A DNA stretch of 63,505 bases, the filler included, from Blastocystis sp. subtype 4 (taxonomy: Eukaryota): NCBI RefSeq assembly GCF_000743755.1. It is 4 parts of 4 records of this genome, joined end to end, with 100 filler letters (N's around TTAATTAATTAA, not from the genome) between each part and the next. Parts side by side here need not be neighbours in the genome. Positions count along the whole stretch, not along the records: positions 16,974 to 33,653 come from NW_014569312.1; positions 33,754 to 50,384 come from NW_014569311.1; 2 more parts are not named here. One strand, 5' to 3'. This document shows, piece after piece, positions 23,911 to 36,469 of this stretch. The notes beneath the pieces were generated by a model. That model did not search any database, had not been told where the DNA came from, and was given only the letters and a program-made list of their open reading frames with translations. Within the stretch, counting starts at the first letter, position 1. Each line of letters opens with the position of its first letter. The translations under genes were made by a program, and so were the position numbers.

Positions 23911-23956
23911 TGTAGTATTATTGCTAATTGTGTTTCTTCAAACAATAGTGCACTTG

Positions 23957-25038
23957 ATGGATAGTAGTGGTAACTCGCTATATTCCACTGAGAATAGTTG
24001 GTTAGAGAAAGCATACAATGGTTCTCCTTTCTCAATCGAGGAGATTCATTGTTTATGTAGACAAGTATTTCCATTCGTCTGGGTCTTATTCTAAGGTTTC
24101 TGAGATACTTCGAAAGGAAACAAATGTAGTCCAAATCCATTCGCCTTGTACTATATGTGGAGACATTCATGGCCAATTTTTCGACTTGGTAGAATTGTTT
24201 CGGATTGGTGGAACCGTTCCTGATACGAATTACTTGTTCCTGGGAGATTACGTTGATCGTGGTGCTTATTCCGTTGATCTTTAGGATTGATATGATTGGT
24301 CTAGATTGAATGTTTAATTTTGCTCTTTTCTCTCAAGGTGCGCTTTCCTGAGCGCATTGTTTTACTTCGCGGGAACCATGAAAGCCGTTTCTTGTCCATG
24401 TCGTAACGATATAGAGCACTTGTTTGAGTGTTAGATTCGGGTTCTATCAGCAATGTGCCAAGTATTACAACAATGATTGTGTTTGGAAGGATTTCATGGA
24501 AGCATGCGATTGTCTACCTCTGTGTGCTATTGTTAATGATACTATTTTTGCGGTTCATGCTGGAATCAGTCCGCTTTTGAAGAAAGTTGAGGAGATCAAC
24601 GCACTAAATCGATTTCAGGAGATTCCATTGATATCCTTACTTTTTGTGGATCTGTTATCTTAACAACAAGAAGGTTTGTATTGCGATTTGCTCTGGTCGG
24701 ATCCTTCTGAACAGAAGGGATGGAATCCTTCTAGTCGTGGAATCAGTCAAGTGTATGGAGTGGATGCTTCGGAGCAGTTTCTTCTTGACAATTCCTTGAA
24801 ACACATTGTTCGAGGTCATGAATGGGTGATGGAAGTAGGTACATCGATTGAAATTCATGAGAAGGGATATAGGCAATGCCACAAACATAAGGTGATTACA
24901 GTGTTTTCGGCTCCGAATTATTGTGGATATGTTGGAAACCGTGGTGCTTATGCGGAAGTTGACGAACTGGGTTATTTGTCATTGTAAGAGTGTAGAGAGA
25001 TGATGAGGGATAGCTATCAGTTTAACAGTTGTATTTGA
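23957..25038 (+). CDS. PPP-family Ser/Thr phosphatase, PP2A/PP4/PP6-like catalytic subunit
   Basis: [48 protein letters not shown] 25036-25038. Confidence 0.92.
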
Positions 25039-25073
25039 ATTGTTTGTTCTTTCAACAAACATTATGCATAGAA

Positions 25074-26804
25074 TTAGTTTATACTGCATCTGTGATAGCC
25101 TGAATGATGGGAACTAGCTCTAATACACACTCTATTCCTACCAGGAGCTTGTGCACTTCCCGTACTCCAATTGAAGCGAGGTGGAATCACATCCGTAGAG
25201 TGGATGTAATAAGCAGCCACATTTGTATCCTTCTTCTGGAGAATCCATGTACTACGGCCCATATGAATCTAGATCACACTTATTCTTGATGAGTACCTGA
25301 CGGAACAGACGACATCCATTTGATGATACAAACACGGGAATATCGCCAAAGGATTCTCGTGTGGCCAAATAGGTCCCACAGACTTCAGGATCTCCTGCAT
25401 GAAACACGCAGAAACCAGAAGGATGAGCAGAAGAGGTGCGAACTAGATGAGAGAGAAAGCATAGAAGTACTGTATTCAGCATTATGTTTCGCAATTTCAA
25501 CAATAATCCCCTGAATGTTCGTTTGGATACTTTCATCCCAATTTGATTCAGGAACATATTGTTTGCAATTGATAAACAGAGCGATGAGAGAATGACTGAT
25601 TTGTTCAGGATGGAATCCAATAGCTAATAACGATTTTACTATCACTAACACTCCACAAGCACTATTACAATTTGATTTGATTCCATAGAGACCTAGCGAC
25701 AATTGACCATCATAGAGATGTTGAACATATTCCATTAATTTCAATGGATAAGGTATATTTACTATTCTCCATCTCCATCCTCATGCCTACATGTAGATCG
25801 CAGATTACGATTTGTCATTCGAGTTTCTTCCTCACCAAAATCAAGAGCTATGATTAACGAGTCCAAACAAGGTTACTCTGCTGAATCTCTTCCTCTCCTT
25901 CCTTCTTAGGCTGCGCTACAGCCGTAGAGATTTCATTGGGATTTGTGACACTAATGGCTTTGATCAAGTGAGTCACATCACGGTGGCAAATATGTGATAA
26001 AGCCTCGATGAACTCAAGAAGTCGCTCTTTCTCCTGACTCTACAATTAACAGAAGGAATCATTTCAACTGTGATTAGAATGTTACGAGAACACTGGAAAT
26101 GGATGATAAAGAATCCATTAGTGCCTGGACGCACATCCAATAGGCACGGAAGGAGGTTCTGAGCTCCAGCAGGCTGATATTCATAAGGGATATTGTTTGT
26201 ATTGGCAGAATTGTACCAGACAATGGCAATGCCAAACGGAATAAGTTGAAATTCTATCAATAAATCCAAAATCCAATATCAACTCTCAGCATACTGAAGT
26301 AAGGGACCTGTGATACGAACGATACGGATGGCTCTTCGATTCATTTTATTAACATTTCTCTACTTGTCTGAAAAGGGTTGTGATGTATTGAACCCCAGTC
26401 TGAATAGGAAGTGACCTTCATAAAAGATACAATCGTTCTGCAAAGGCGCATTCACAAGCTTGTTCAATCCATCCATTTCCTCGGGTTTAAATGAGCGCTT
26501 GAATGTGATGATCAATCCTCTACCCGAAAAACTAGGATTCATTCACGCCATACAAATGTTACCGTTGAATTAGACTCACAATGCTACCAGGAGATTTATT
26601 TGTACAGGATATACCATTGACTGAGATAATACGATCTTGATATCGAACTCCATATTGCTCACTTTGAGCTGACGATTGACTCACAATCACAAATCGACCC
26701 AACGACTCTAAAGTCATTCCCAATTCTTCTATCGATCATACCCCATACAAATCCCTACCCTGGGACAGTGGATATTCAATAGTGAATTCGATCGATGTCT
26801 GCAT
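25074..26804 (-). CDS. Hypothetical multi-exon protein
   Basis: Chain of minus-strand coding exons split by ~30-nt introns, ending near a minus-strand TGTTTGTT (25061-25054); no family recognised. Confidence 0.55.
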
Positions 26805-26879
26805 ATAAGATGCGATTCCGTCTTGTTACAAAAATCGAGATAATATTCGCAGCCCCTTTTTGCGAGATTACTCAAATCC

Positions 26880-28879
26880 ATGGGAGTCTACGGGTTTTCT
26901 AGTTCGGATGACGATGCTGAGTATACTCCGCCGAATGAAGATGTTGACCAGGATAAAGACGGCGATCGTTATGTGATTCTAATTGTTCTTTCTAACCTAG
27001 ATTCTAGAGCTCGTTCCGGAGATTATTCCACTTCCTGAAAATATTTACAATGTTGTGAATACCGAAACAAGTGGGAAGTGACAAATCATCGTTTATTATC
27101 TAGGTCCAATAGCAGAACGAACAAGAGCACATCGAGGAGACAATCAACAGATTGAGCCAGAGATTCTGTTTGATCGTGTTCAAAACAAGAAGAATGATCC
27201 CTTTCTTGAGGAAAAGGAAGAGTAGTCGTTTCTATTTTGTATTTCTGTAGATATCGTCAATTTGTTCAAGGTGTCTTGTTTGGGGAGCATGATCGAGAGT
27301 CTACAATGGACTCTTCGGATGAAGAATTTGTCCCTCCTGTCATTGAAGAAGATAAAGTATTCATGGTTCGATGTCTTCACGATAGTCTTACAAACGTCGA
27401 ATTTCTCAGAGAGAGATTGATGAAGTCAAATTTGTACGAATTTATCTGTATTCTTAGACCTAGGATGCATTTGTTTCTCAACCGAAAGTACCCATTCGTT
27501 CTCGAGATTCCCTTCCAACTGTAACTCCCTGTATGGTTCCACAGCAAATCAATTTGAACTCTGTAAAGATCCGATCCTGTTCTGACTGTAGATGCAAAGA
27601 ATTGTTCTCAAGACCCAGTTCATGTGTTGTGCTCAGCTAATTATTCAACTCTATTTGCTGTGTTCCATCGATTCCACTTATCATTCTTACCTTCCCGTGA
27701 TTCGAGACATTCTCTCCATGCTCAAGTCTCCCTCTACTGCTACTTCAACTCCACCCGCCCCGTCTGCCGGTTCTTCCATTCTTCAACAGATTTCCACTCT
27801 CAAGATCTTTAATACACAGGCAACGTATGCGACGAAGCTTCCTGCAACTGTGGCTGCAGTCGTGGATTTTGAAGCTGTTGCAAAAGTGTGTGACTTGATC
27901 GACTCTCTCTGTACAAATATACCATCACTCTCACCATTCATACACTATCTCCCAAAGTCCAAACGGAGCGCGTAGTGTAGGACTGGCATATTGATCGTAG
28001 ATATGAGAAGCATCCTGTCTATCAGAATGTGATGGCAACACTGCAATCCACATTTGAACCAAAGCTTAAACCGGAGATATCACCTGCCAATACTTGTGGT
28101 GGATATGGGTCTTCTGGACGCTTACAGTTCACACCTTCAGAGGATACGCTGTTGGCTATGGGAATGTAAGATTGAAGGTGGGGTAACTATCAGATTATTG
28201 TTGGGCGAGGATTATACCAGAATCCACGAGACACTTCTTGGGACAAAGGATACTCAGCAGTTGAGAAATCGTTCAAAGAATCAGCGGAATAGTAAGAATC
28301 AACGAATGAATATCCATAAACGATATTTCTCAATTTATTCGGAATTCAAAAAATGGGATCCTTCTGTGTATACACGGATCTGTCAATTAATTTTAACTCA
28401 TGGTAGGAATAAGCTTGGAGCATGATGAATAGTCACAAGTTGGCAAGTACTTCAACGTTTGTATTTCTACTTCTACAATGAGATTTCGTTGAAGTATTAT
28501 TGGCTCAACCGTTATTTCAATAATGTCGCTATGATGCTGAATACTACCCAAAGTGACGAAATTCCGTTCTTTTTAATTACACCTGTTCGAACTACCATTC
28601 AAGTAGGAACTGAAGAATGAAATGAGAAGTAGCAACCAATTCTGAAGAAGTATGTGAATATTAGGCCACGTATGAATATATGGTACCTAATATACTATAG
28701 AGGGATATCAAATCAATCCTGTATCACGGGAATCCGATGATATATTTGAAAAAGATGTGTTGTTAGATGAAGAAGTTTCAAGTAACGACGAATCGAAAGC
28801 AAATAAGCGACAGCGAGTGAATGAAGATGTGGAACGAGAAGAGTTAACTGATGAAGAGGAAGAAGGAGGTGATGAATGA
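26880..28879 (+). CDS. Hypothetical multi-exon protein with acidic termini
   Basis: ATG 26880 (MGVYGFSSSDDDAEY...), linked exons at 27250-28600, acidic/NLS-like tail NKRQRVNEDVEREELTDEEEEGGDE*. Confidence 0.55.
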
Positions 28880-28968
28880 GAAGACAATACGAGGTGATGT
28901 TAAATCGTTTAGCCAAATGCATAACTAGTGAATCAGATGTATCATATCATGTTTGTATAATAAACACA

Positions 28969-31705
28969 TCAAATGTCTCGAGTTAGAATGTACTGAAGTA
29001 AGTTATCACTGGTTAATAATCTAGGCTTCAATTCTTCTTTATCTTGAGCCATTTCTTTATAAAACACTCTTGCTGTTGTTGCAGCCATACTCACTGAGAG
29101 TTTGTTATGCTCAGGAAGTAATCTCTATGGATAACTTGATTCTTCTTATCATACACGATGAATCCATTCTGGAAGCTTATTCTGATTATCAGTAAAACTA
29201 AAACGGTTATCAGCAAGGACTACAAACGAATAATCCATCTTATTTCGAATTGTTCTACCAATACATTGAGCTGTCTATTGTAATAATGATTAGGTCTCTA
29301 TTCTACTTGTCGAATGGCATCATACACATAGTAATCATCTTCATCCACATCATATTCGTTCCGAATGAATTCCTGCTTCAATTTAAGAGGTTTATCATAT
29401 GCATTCCTATCTCTTATTCTTATTACTTATATCTACTGGAATGGTACTCCCATCATCACACAACAACGACCATAATGATCATTAAAGTGAACTCCTTCTG
29501 ATATGTGACCTCGAACTACACACAATAGAATGGCTCCTTTTCCTTCATCACATGCCTTACGATAATTATGGACTGCAATATTGCTCTCAGCGATGTCTCG
29601 ACTCTCAATAAATACCAACTTCTGATTGAACAGATCACGAATCACCGAAGTTTCATTCCATTCAGTCAAATAATATTCTAATTGGGATTAAGGAACTCTC
29701 CTTCTTATTTCATTAGGATATATGTGAATAACTCGTGAAGAAACAGATTATGCCATCTGGAACCACTTTACTCAATTCAACAAGCAGACTTCCTAAATGA
29801 CAAATATAACCCTAATTTCTACCATATTTTACAGTCATGAATCGATTATTCCGAAGAGAATATTTACTTGTCAACACATTGTTCTTATCCTTATCCTCCA
29901 CGAGTGAAGCTCCTTCAATTAGCATGGGTGACTACTCCTGAGTACATTCATTCTCTCCAACTTGATCATTTCCACGTGTGACAACTACAGGCAACAGACG
30001 TGGATTTGCATCCACACAGATAGAACGAGCCACCATTGGCTGAAATCCAAGCAACTTTGGGTAGAGATCTAAAGGAGACAGAGTTCCACTTGTGAAGATA
30101 ACATGTTTGAAGAGGGAGAACAATGGCTTCATTCCGATTGAGGCATCACAACAAATCATCTTGAGAGTACACTGTGATGAGATGAGACTTGAAGGATTCT
30201 GCCGTGAAATGAACGGTGGTTCGATGATAGTCATGAAACCATTATCATACAGCCCCACAAGAGTACAGAAGTTGATTACACGCAAGAGAGGTTCACAAGC
30301 AGCTCGAGACGAATGAACTGGGTCGATTTGTTCGAAGGTGGCGAGAAGACACTGAAATCGGGAATGGAACATTCGAAGAGTGTTGCAATCCACTACACAA
30401 TTCTACGCGTAATTTCACAAAAAAAAAGATCAACTTCAAACAGCATCAATCGTAATTCATTCATTGTGAATTCTTTGTTCTCTTTTGTTTCTAACCAGTT
30501 TTGCATAGACATCACAACCAATTTGAGAAGTGGCAGAAAGCTCTCTGCCAAGACATAAGGGCCATCGACCAACTGTTTGGCAGAATCCAGAGCAAGAACT
30601 GGTGGAGCACAATCCTCCTGATGAAGTCGTTCTTCTCGGAATGAAAGTTGCATCCGCTGAAAGACTTCTTCAAGTTGCTGTTGTTTCTGTTGTTGGAAGG
30701 ATTGCAACTGATTTGATAATCTAATCATGAAATCCAGATTCAAACAAGAACTCTGTTAGAATGGAATAACTCTGCTTAAGATGAGAGGCAGTGATGAGAA
30801 TACTATGGTCCTCACAAACGACATTCTCGATATTGTGTCCTTCATCAAAGATAATAATGTTGTTGCTGTTATTGAGATACGGAAGAATAAGATTGCTGAT
30901 TTGAGGATCCAACACATATTGATAGTTCATTGTAATAATATCTGCTTTTGTAATCATAGCTCGTGCATAGTAGTATGGACATAGATTCGTCTGAGAACCC
31001 ATTCCACAAACATCACTCAGAGAACAACTACACCTGATATACATCTCCGTATAGTACATATCGTCTGGAAGAGACAAATTATTCACATTTGACAATAATG
31101 TCTCGTAATAACAACACCCCGCATCCTCAATATCTCCTGGATAATACTGCTGCTTCTGTCTCCTATCAGAGATCATCCGCAGTCGATGACACTCATCTTG
31201 ATGTGAAGGAACCTCCTTTTATCAACGATTTGGATATGTCAACTTTCACATGAGTATCTTGTTTGTTAATTTTCGGATGTATACACAAGTTCCTTCGACT
31301 GCTGAGACAAATTCCGGAAACTGGACGATATTGTATTCCTAAAACTTCTTTTCGATATTTTGTGATTGTCTTCAACTCGTCCATACATTGGTTCAGTTCA
31401 GTAATCGTTCGAGTACAATAGATTAATTTCCCTAATCCAATGATTATACTTCATTCAATAAGTACCCAAATTTGGATAAATATCCTTCAAACTCAGATAC
31501 ACGGCTAGAATACACATCGTCTTTCCAGTTCCTGTTGGCATCTCCAGAAGGGCATGTCCTTTCCGTTCCTTTGTCTCCAGAATCTGTTTCAACTCCAACA
31601 TGTACTCATACTGTTCTGGGTAGATACTTGGATATCTATATCATCAGAGTGGAAAGAGGAACAATACGGGAACAAAACGGACAGCCCATCCAAGTCAAAC
31701 TGCAT
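28969..31705 (-). CDS. ERCC2: TFIIH helicase XPD/Rad3 (divergent)
   Basis: MQFDLDGLSVLFPY..YPEQYEYM, LEMPTGTGKT, LIYCTRT, LSSRRNLCIHP, CPYYYAR, IFDEGHNIE, TSGTLSPL, PDGIICFF, RGHISEG, GVPFQ. Confidence 0.93.
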
Positions 31706-31812
31706 CTTGGGAAGATGATTGTGAACTTTCTTTTTGTATCTATCAGTTGATGGAAAGCTCTGAAATGACATCCGTTCTGTGAATTGAACAAACAAACCAA
31801 ATACAATTCCCC

Positions 31813-32134
31813 TTAGTTTCTGCTCATCATCTTATTCGCGATAAAGGAACTACCAATCAGAACCAAATTCAGAACTCACCTTGATTCCAAGTACGATGTC
31901 GTCGTTTGAGCAATACACGTAGCTTGACGAGATGTCAGTGAGCCTTCAGGCTTCTGAACACACTTATCAAAGGCAACATTGGTAATCTTGCGTACAGCCT
32001 CCTACACCAATAAACCTCCTACCAATCGATCTACCATCACCATTGCTCTCTGTTGCTCCTGCATCAGAGCTTGTTGGAAGGACTCGCTAGGAAGTGAGGG
32101 AAGCAGAAAAGGAGAAGTACTCAATTCCGGACAT
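31813..32134 (-). CDS. Small Tim chaperone (Tim13/Tim8-like; twin-CX3C family, partly degenerate)
   Basis: Spliced product ...QQALMQEQQRAMVMEAVRKITNVAFDKCVQKPEGSLTSRQATCIAQTTTSYLESSSFIANKMMSRN*. Confidence 0.8.
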
Positions 32135-32248
32135 TGAACTATAAAGCAGATAATCAATTGAATGAAAATCGAATCCGATTTCTATGAATCGTCGATAGTT
32201 CGTGCATGTCGTAGTGATCATTAATTACCACAAACAACTCATAGTACT

Positions 32249-33394
32249 TTAAATACTCTCTGTTTTCTTATCTGTTTCATACGGAGCTAGCGCTGAAGCA
32301 GATGGATCAATAATCCTAGTTTCATTCATTACAAATACATCTGTCATTCTTCCGGAAGCTGAGAAATCCTGAATTGTTCGCACACGAGAACTGCTGTCCA
32401 TTATTGTAACTGTTTCCACCAGCAGTGGCTTTCCCGTTCGAGAATCCACAGCTGTAGTGATGAGAAGATACGGTGAAGCCTCCACCATTTCAATCTTGCA
32501 CTCCTGATACATTCCATCACTCATATCGACTCGCAACTTGCCATTTCCAATAGGAGTGTAACGAATTGACCTTGTTGCAACCAGTCCAGTTTCATCCACT
32601 GATGAACGGTTCTCAATCCAGTATCCATGGGAGTCAAATCGCAAGTCACAGGTTGTCACAGGTGGGTTGAGGGTTGGATCATCACTTGCCACCACACTGT
32701 TTCCACTCCATTTGCCTTCCATACGATGCATCACTTCGAAGATAAAACCACCGACTACAGACACGAACATAGACTTGAAAACGCGATCTGGATATTCTCG
32801 ATGATTAGGGTTGAAAGGAGCTTGTTTTGGAATAATAGCAGCTTTTTTCTTCATCTCCTCTTGATCAGGGACCATCACAGTAGGATATGTTTCCCATTCG
32901 GTTCCTTTGTTCCACTGTCGATCCCAAACGCCATAAACTGGATCGAAACCTGCATGATGATAATCTCTACAAATTAGAATCAATAACGTCACTTACTTCT
33001 TCGCTAGAGCTTCATCATGGATTCTCTTTGCTAATTCTCCATAATTGACCTTCGAGAAGGGATTAATGTTCGAGTACTGGTGGAAAACAGTACAGTCTTC
33101 GCGAAGATCATTCTCCATGACAGTTGTATCATCACTTAGCTCCTTTCCATTATACTGGAAAACAATGTAGTCTGGCGAAGTGCACTTTCCAGTGTCGATA
33201 TATTTCTGCTTGACCGCAGCGATGAGATCCGTTCTCTTGACTTCAATACGGATATTATCCAGTCCATTGATCGTTCCATCGGAATTGATACATTTGATAT
33301 TGATCGGGAAGCTTGAAGGCGTAATCGATTCTTTCTCTTCCTTCGTAATCTTATCAGTATCAATAGCTACTTCCGTTGTATGTTCAACTTCCAT
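32249..33394 (-). CDS. Ubiquitin-like domain protein with a predicted C-terminal beta-barrel domain
   Basis: UBL segment (IRIEVKRTDLIAAVKQK...IVFQYNGKELSDDTTVMENDLREDCTV), one intron near 32997-32968, then a beta-rich domain starting MEGKWSG. Confidence 0.75.
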
Positions 33395-33560
33395 AAGGAA
33401 TCTTACAAATAAACAAATAGTGGAGTGATATCTCGATCTTTCTAGAACACGGCAGAATTCTGGAAAATTCTGCAACGTTCCAAGACTCGTCTAGTATGAA
33501 TCAAGCCTTTCAACAAACACATCTGATGCGATAACGAGTACCAAAAGCAAAAACGCAATC

Positions 33561-33653
33561 TTACAGACGAATCTGATAATCTCCAGAACGGGTCATGTAA
33601 CGCACCCACTTGGTGGTTTGATAGGAAGACTTCTCGTACACCTTTAAGAAACG
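33561..33653 (-). CDS. 3' end of adaptor complex medium (mu) subunit, most like AP-2 mu; rest lost in gap
   Basis: RFLKVYEKSSYQTTKWVRYMTRSGDYQIRL* matches the mu-adaptin C-terminal consensus; minus-strand TGTTTGTT at 33519-33512. Confidence 0.85.
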   Translation of the reverse strand, partial: RFLKVYEKSSYQTTKWVRYMTRSGDYQIRL

Positions 33654-33753
33654 NNNNNNNNNNNNNNNNNNNNNNNNNNNNNNNNNNNNNNNNNNNNTTA
33701 ATTAATTAANNNNNNNNNNNNNNNNNNNNNNNNNNNNNNNNNNNNNNNNNNNN
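33654..33753. other. Assembly gap with artificial linker
   Basis: N run containing TTAATTAATTAA. Confidence 0.97.
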
Positions 33754-33818
33754 AGCGTGCTCTGAAGGCCAAGTTCGCTGAGCAGAAGGCTGCTTACTAT
33801 GAGAGCATGATGCAATAA
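33754..33818 (+). CDS. 3' end of an unidentified gene (..RALKAKFAEQKAAYYESMMQ*)
   Basis: Open frame from the gap to TAA 33816-33818, followed by TGTTTGTT at 33845. Confidence 0.6.
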
Positions 33819-33871
33819 GCTGAACAATTGAGTGAGGTTCATTCTGTTTGTTAGACTAATTCGATTCTACC

Positions 33872-36435
33872 ATGGAACCTTTTGAGGTGGATTTAAATGC
33901 CTTCCTAAGTAGTGTCGTTTCATTGTGTCAAAAACATGAGATTCGAGTTGCTGACCTGAACAATCTCGCTAAACAAGTGGATACAGTTCGAGGGTCCTTT
34001 TCCTTTGCAAAGAAGCTCATGAATGAAGTATCGAGTGAAGGGACATCGTTATTGGAGAAAGTACGATCATTAGAGACAAGTCTCGAGAACGAGCGGAAAG
34101 AACATGAAGCAGATGTTTTAAAGTTGAATGAGACCATCAGAATGGAAAACCAAGAGCAGTCTAAGATGGCGAATCATGTGGAGGAGTTGGAGGAGAAAAG
34201 TAACAGTTATTCAGAGTCAATGTCGCAACTAGCCAATGAATTGAAGACTACCAAAGAGTCTATGGATGTACTAAAGGATGAACTCCAAAAGTCCTATTTA
34301 ACATGCACATCGTATGAACAGCAGATCATTCGACTAAATGAACAGTTATCTTTGGAAACGATGGAACTGCAGAACAAGTGCGACTTCTATGAGAAGAAAG
34401 TGAATGAGCTAACAGAACAAATGGATGCAATGGAAGAAGAGATGTATGATCCAGAAGCGTATTATTGTCTTGAACGAGACCGAGTAGGAATTGTAATGTA
34501 GTAACAATGTAGTGTCTAAGTGAAGTAAACCGACTTGAGGAAGAATTGCAAGCAATGACGTTAACAAATCAGAAAAAGGATTACTTCTTGAATGAAAAGT
34601 CGAAGGAATGTGAGGCATTGAACAAGAGTAGGTTTGAATAGAATTACTAAGTGACAGAAGTGGAATCACTGGAAAGTGAATTGGTAGAGACAAAGAAGAA
34701 TGTGGAGGAAGATAAGAGGAAGGAACAGGAACTGGTAGAGAAGGAGAATGAAATGCAGGATCGAGAACAAACACTACTCAATCAAATTCATGAACTCCAA
34801 ACGCAGTTACAGCAAGCTGAAGATGTCAACACTGCTTTGAAGGCAAATGAATCAAATCGCGAGGAGTTGGAGAAAGAGAAAGAAGCCTATTTGAAAGACA
34901 TCAATGTTGCAAATTCTCTGATAGCGGAACAGACACAGAAGATTGATGAATTGACTAAAGAAGTGACGGATTGTAAGGATGAGCTCAGTAAGCGAGATCA
35001 TCAAATTGAATCAATGCGACAAGCTCAGGAACTTGGTTCTCAGCAGGTAGAATCTCTTGTTGAACAGTTGAATGAGAGTCAGGAACAGAGAAGTGAGATG
35101 AAATCACAAATGAATCGATTGGAGAATGAGATTCATTCTCTTGAGCAACAGAGAGAGAATGAACAAAGTACTTACAAGATGGAGAGATTGGAAGCAGAGA
35201 AGCAAAGAGAGAACTTGCTTGAAGAGCTAGAGAAATGGAAGCAGAAGGTCATGGAAATGAATCAGACAAATGTGTTGAGTGATGAGGATGAGATTGTGGC
35301 TTTGGAGATGGAATTAAAGCAAAAAGAAAAGGAAGTAGAAGAGAAGAATAGGAAGATCTGTGAGATGGAAACTGTTTTGAGAGAGAAGGAACTTGGAAAG
35401 GAGGAAGAGAAGAGGTCTCTGATAGAAGAGGAGAAGTCCCTGATGGAAGAAGAGATGCAGAAGCAATTAATGGAAAAGGAGGATGAAGTGAAGGAATTAC
35501 AGAGACAGATGATGGAGAAGGAGGAAAAGGCAAAAGACCTGCAGAGTCAGATGACAGAAAAAGAGGAAGAAATGAAACAACTTCAAAAGCAGGTAACTGA
35601 GACAGAGAGCAAAAGGACTGAAGTTCAGAAACGACTGGAAGAGAAGGAGGACGAAGTGAAACAACTTCAGAAGCAGATAGCAGCGAAGGAGGAAGAACTG
35701 CAAACGTCATTAACAGAATTACAAGAGAAGAAGGAGAAAGAAGAATGTAATGAACATAAGATAACCGAATTACATGAACAAGTAATGGAATTGACAGAAC
35801 AATTACGAGTGAATGAATTGGAGCAGAGAAAAGCTGAAGAAATGGAAATGCAGAATGAGAAACTGGAAAAAGAGCAATCATTACAAGTGTCATTGGAAAG
35901 AGAACAGGAAATAAGAACGACTATTCAAAAAGAACTGGAAATGCGACAAACAGAAAAAGAAGAACTGGAGAAGGAACTGGAGAAGGAACGAGCAGCCAAA
36001 ACATCATTAGAAGAGGAACTCCAGAGAGTATTATCTTCAAAGGAATTATTAGAACAGGCTCCGAAGAGTGTTGATGACGCTCAGCTACTATCTCTTCAAC
36101 GACAAATTGAGGAACTCACAGAGAGTATCTCTCAGGCAAAGGAACAACATGGATCTCCATTGCTACAACCTCGATTCCTTTCTATGGATAGTCAACAAGA
36201 AACTCTTGAAGTCTTACGGAAAGAGAATCAGTGTTTGAATGAACGGATTCTTCAACTGATTACAGAGAGAGAAAGCGCATTGAAAACAAATGGATCACTC
36301 GAATCTACGATTCTTTTTCTTCGTAGTGATCTGGAGTCAAGAGACAAACAAATTACGTTCTTGACACAACTTCTCCAGGAAAAGAACCAAACTATTGGAC
36401 AGTTGAGAAGTGCAATGCATTCTTACTCTGTTTAA
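33872..36435 (+). CDS. Long E/K/Q-rich coiled-coil protein
   Basis: Two large heptad-rich ORFs joined by a small exon and short introns (34484-34630); internal (M/T)EKEDEVKQLQKQ repeats. Confidence 0.85.
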
Positions 36436-36469
36436 TTTCATCAAATGTCTATCAAACAAACAATACATC

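Noticed and set aside
25041..25061. Perfect inverted repeat TGTTTGTT-ctttc-AACAAACA resembling a terminator hairpin
   Set aside because: Explained by back-to-back poly(A) motifs of two convergent genes; the same layout occurs at 7028-7057.
35249..35893. 214-aa antisense ORF, and other antisense/alternate-frame ORFs over Raptor, KAE1, the MORN gene and the Hsp70s
   Set aside because: Low-complexity shadows of biased sense-strand codons with no protein-like motifs.
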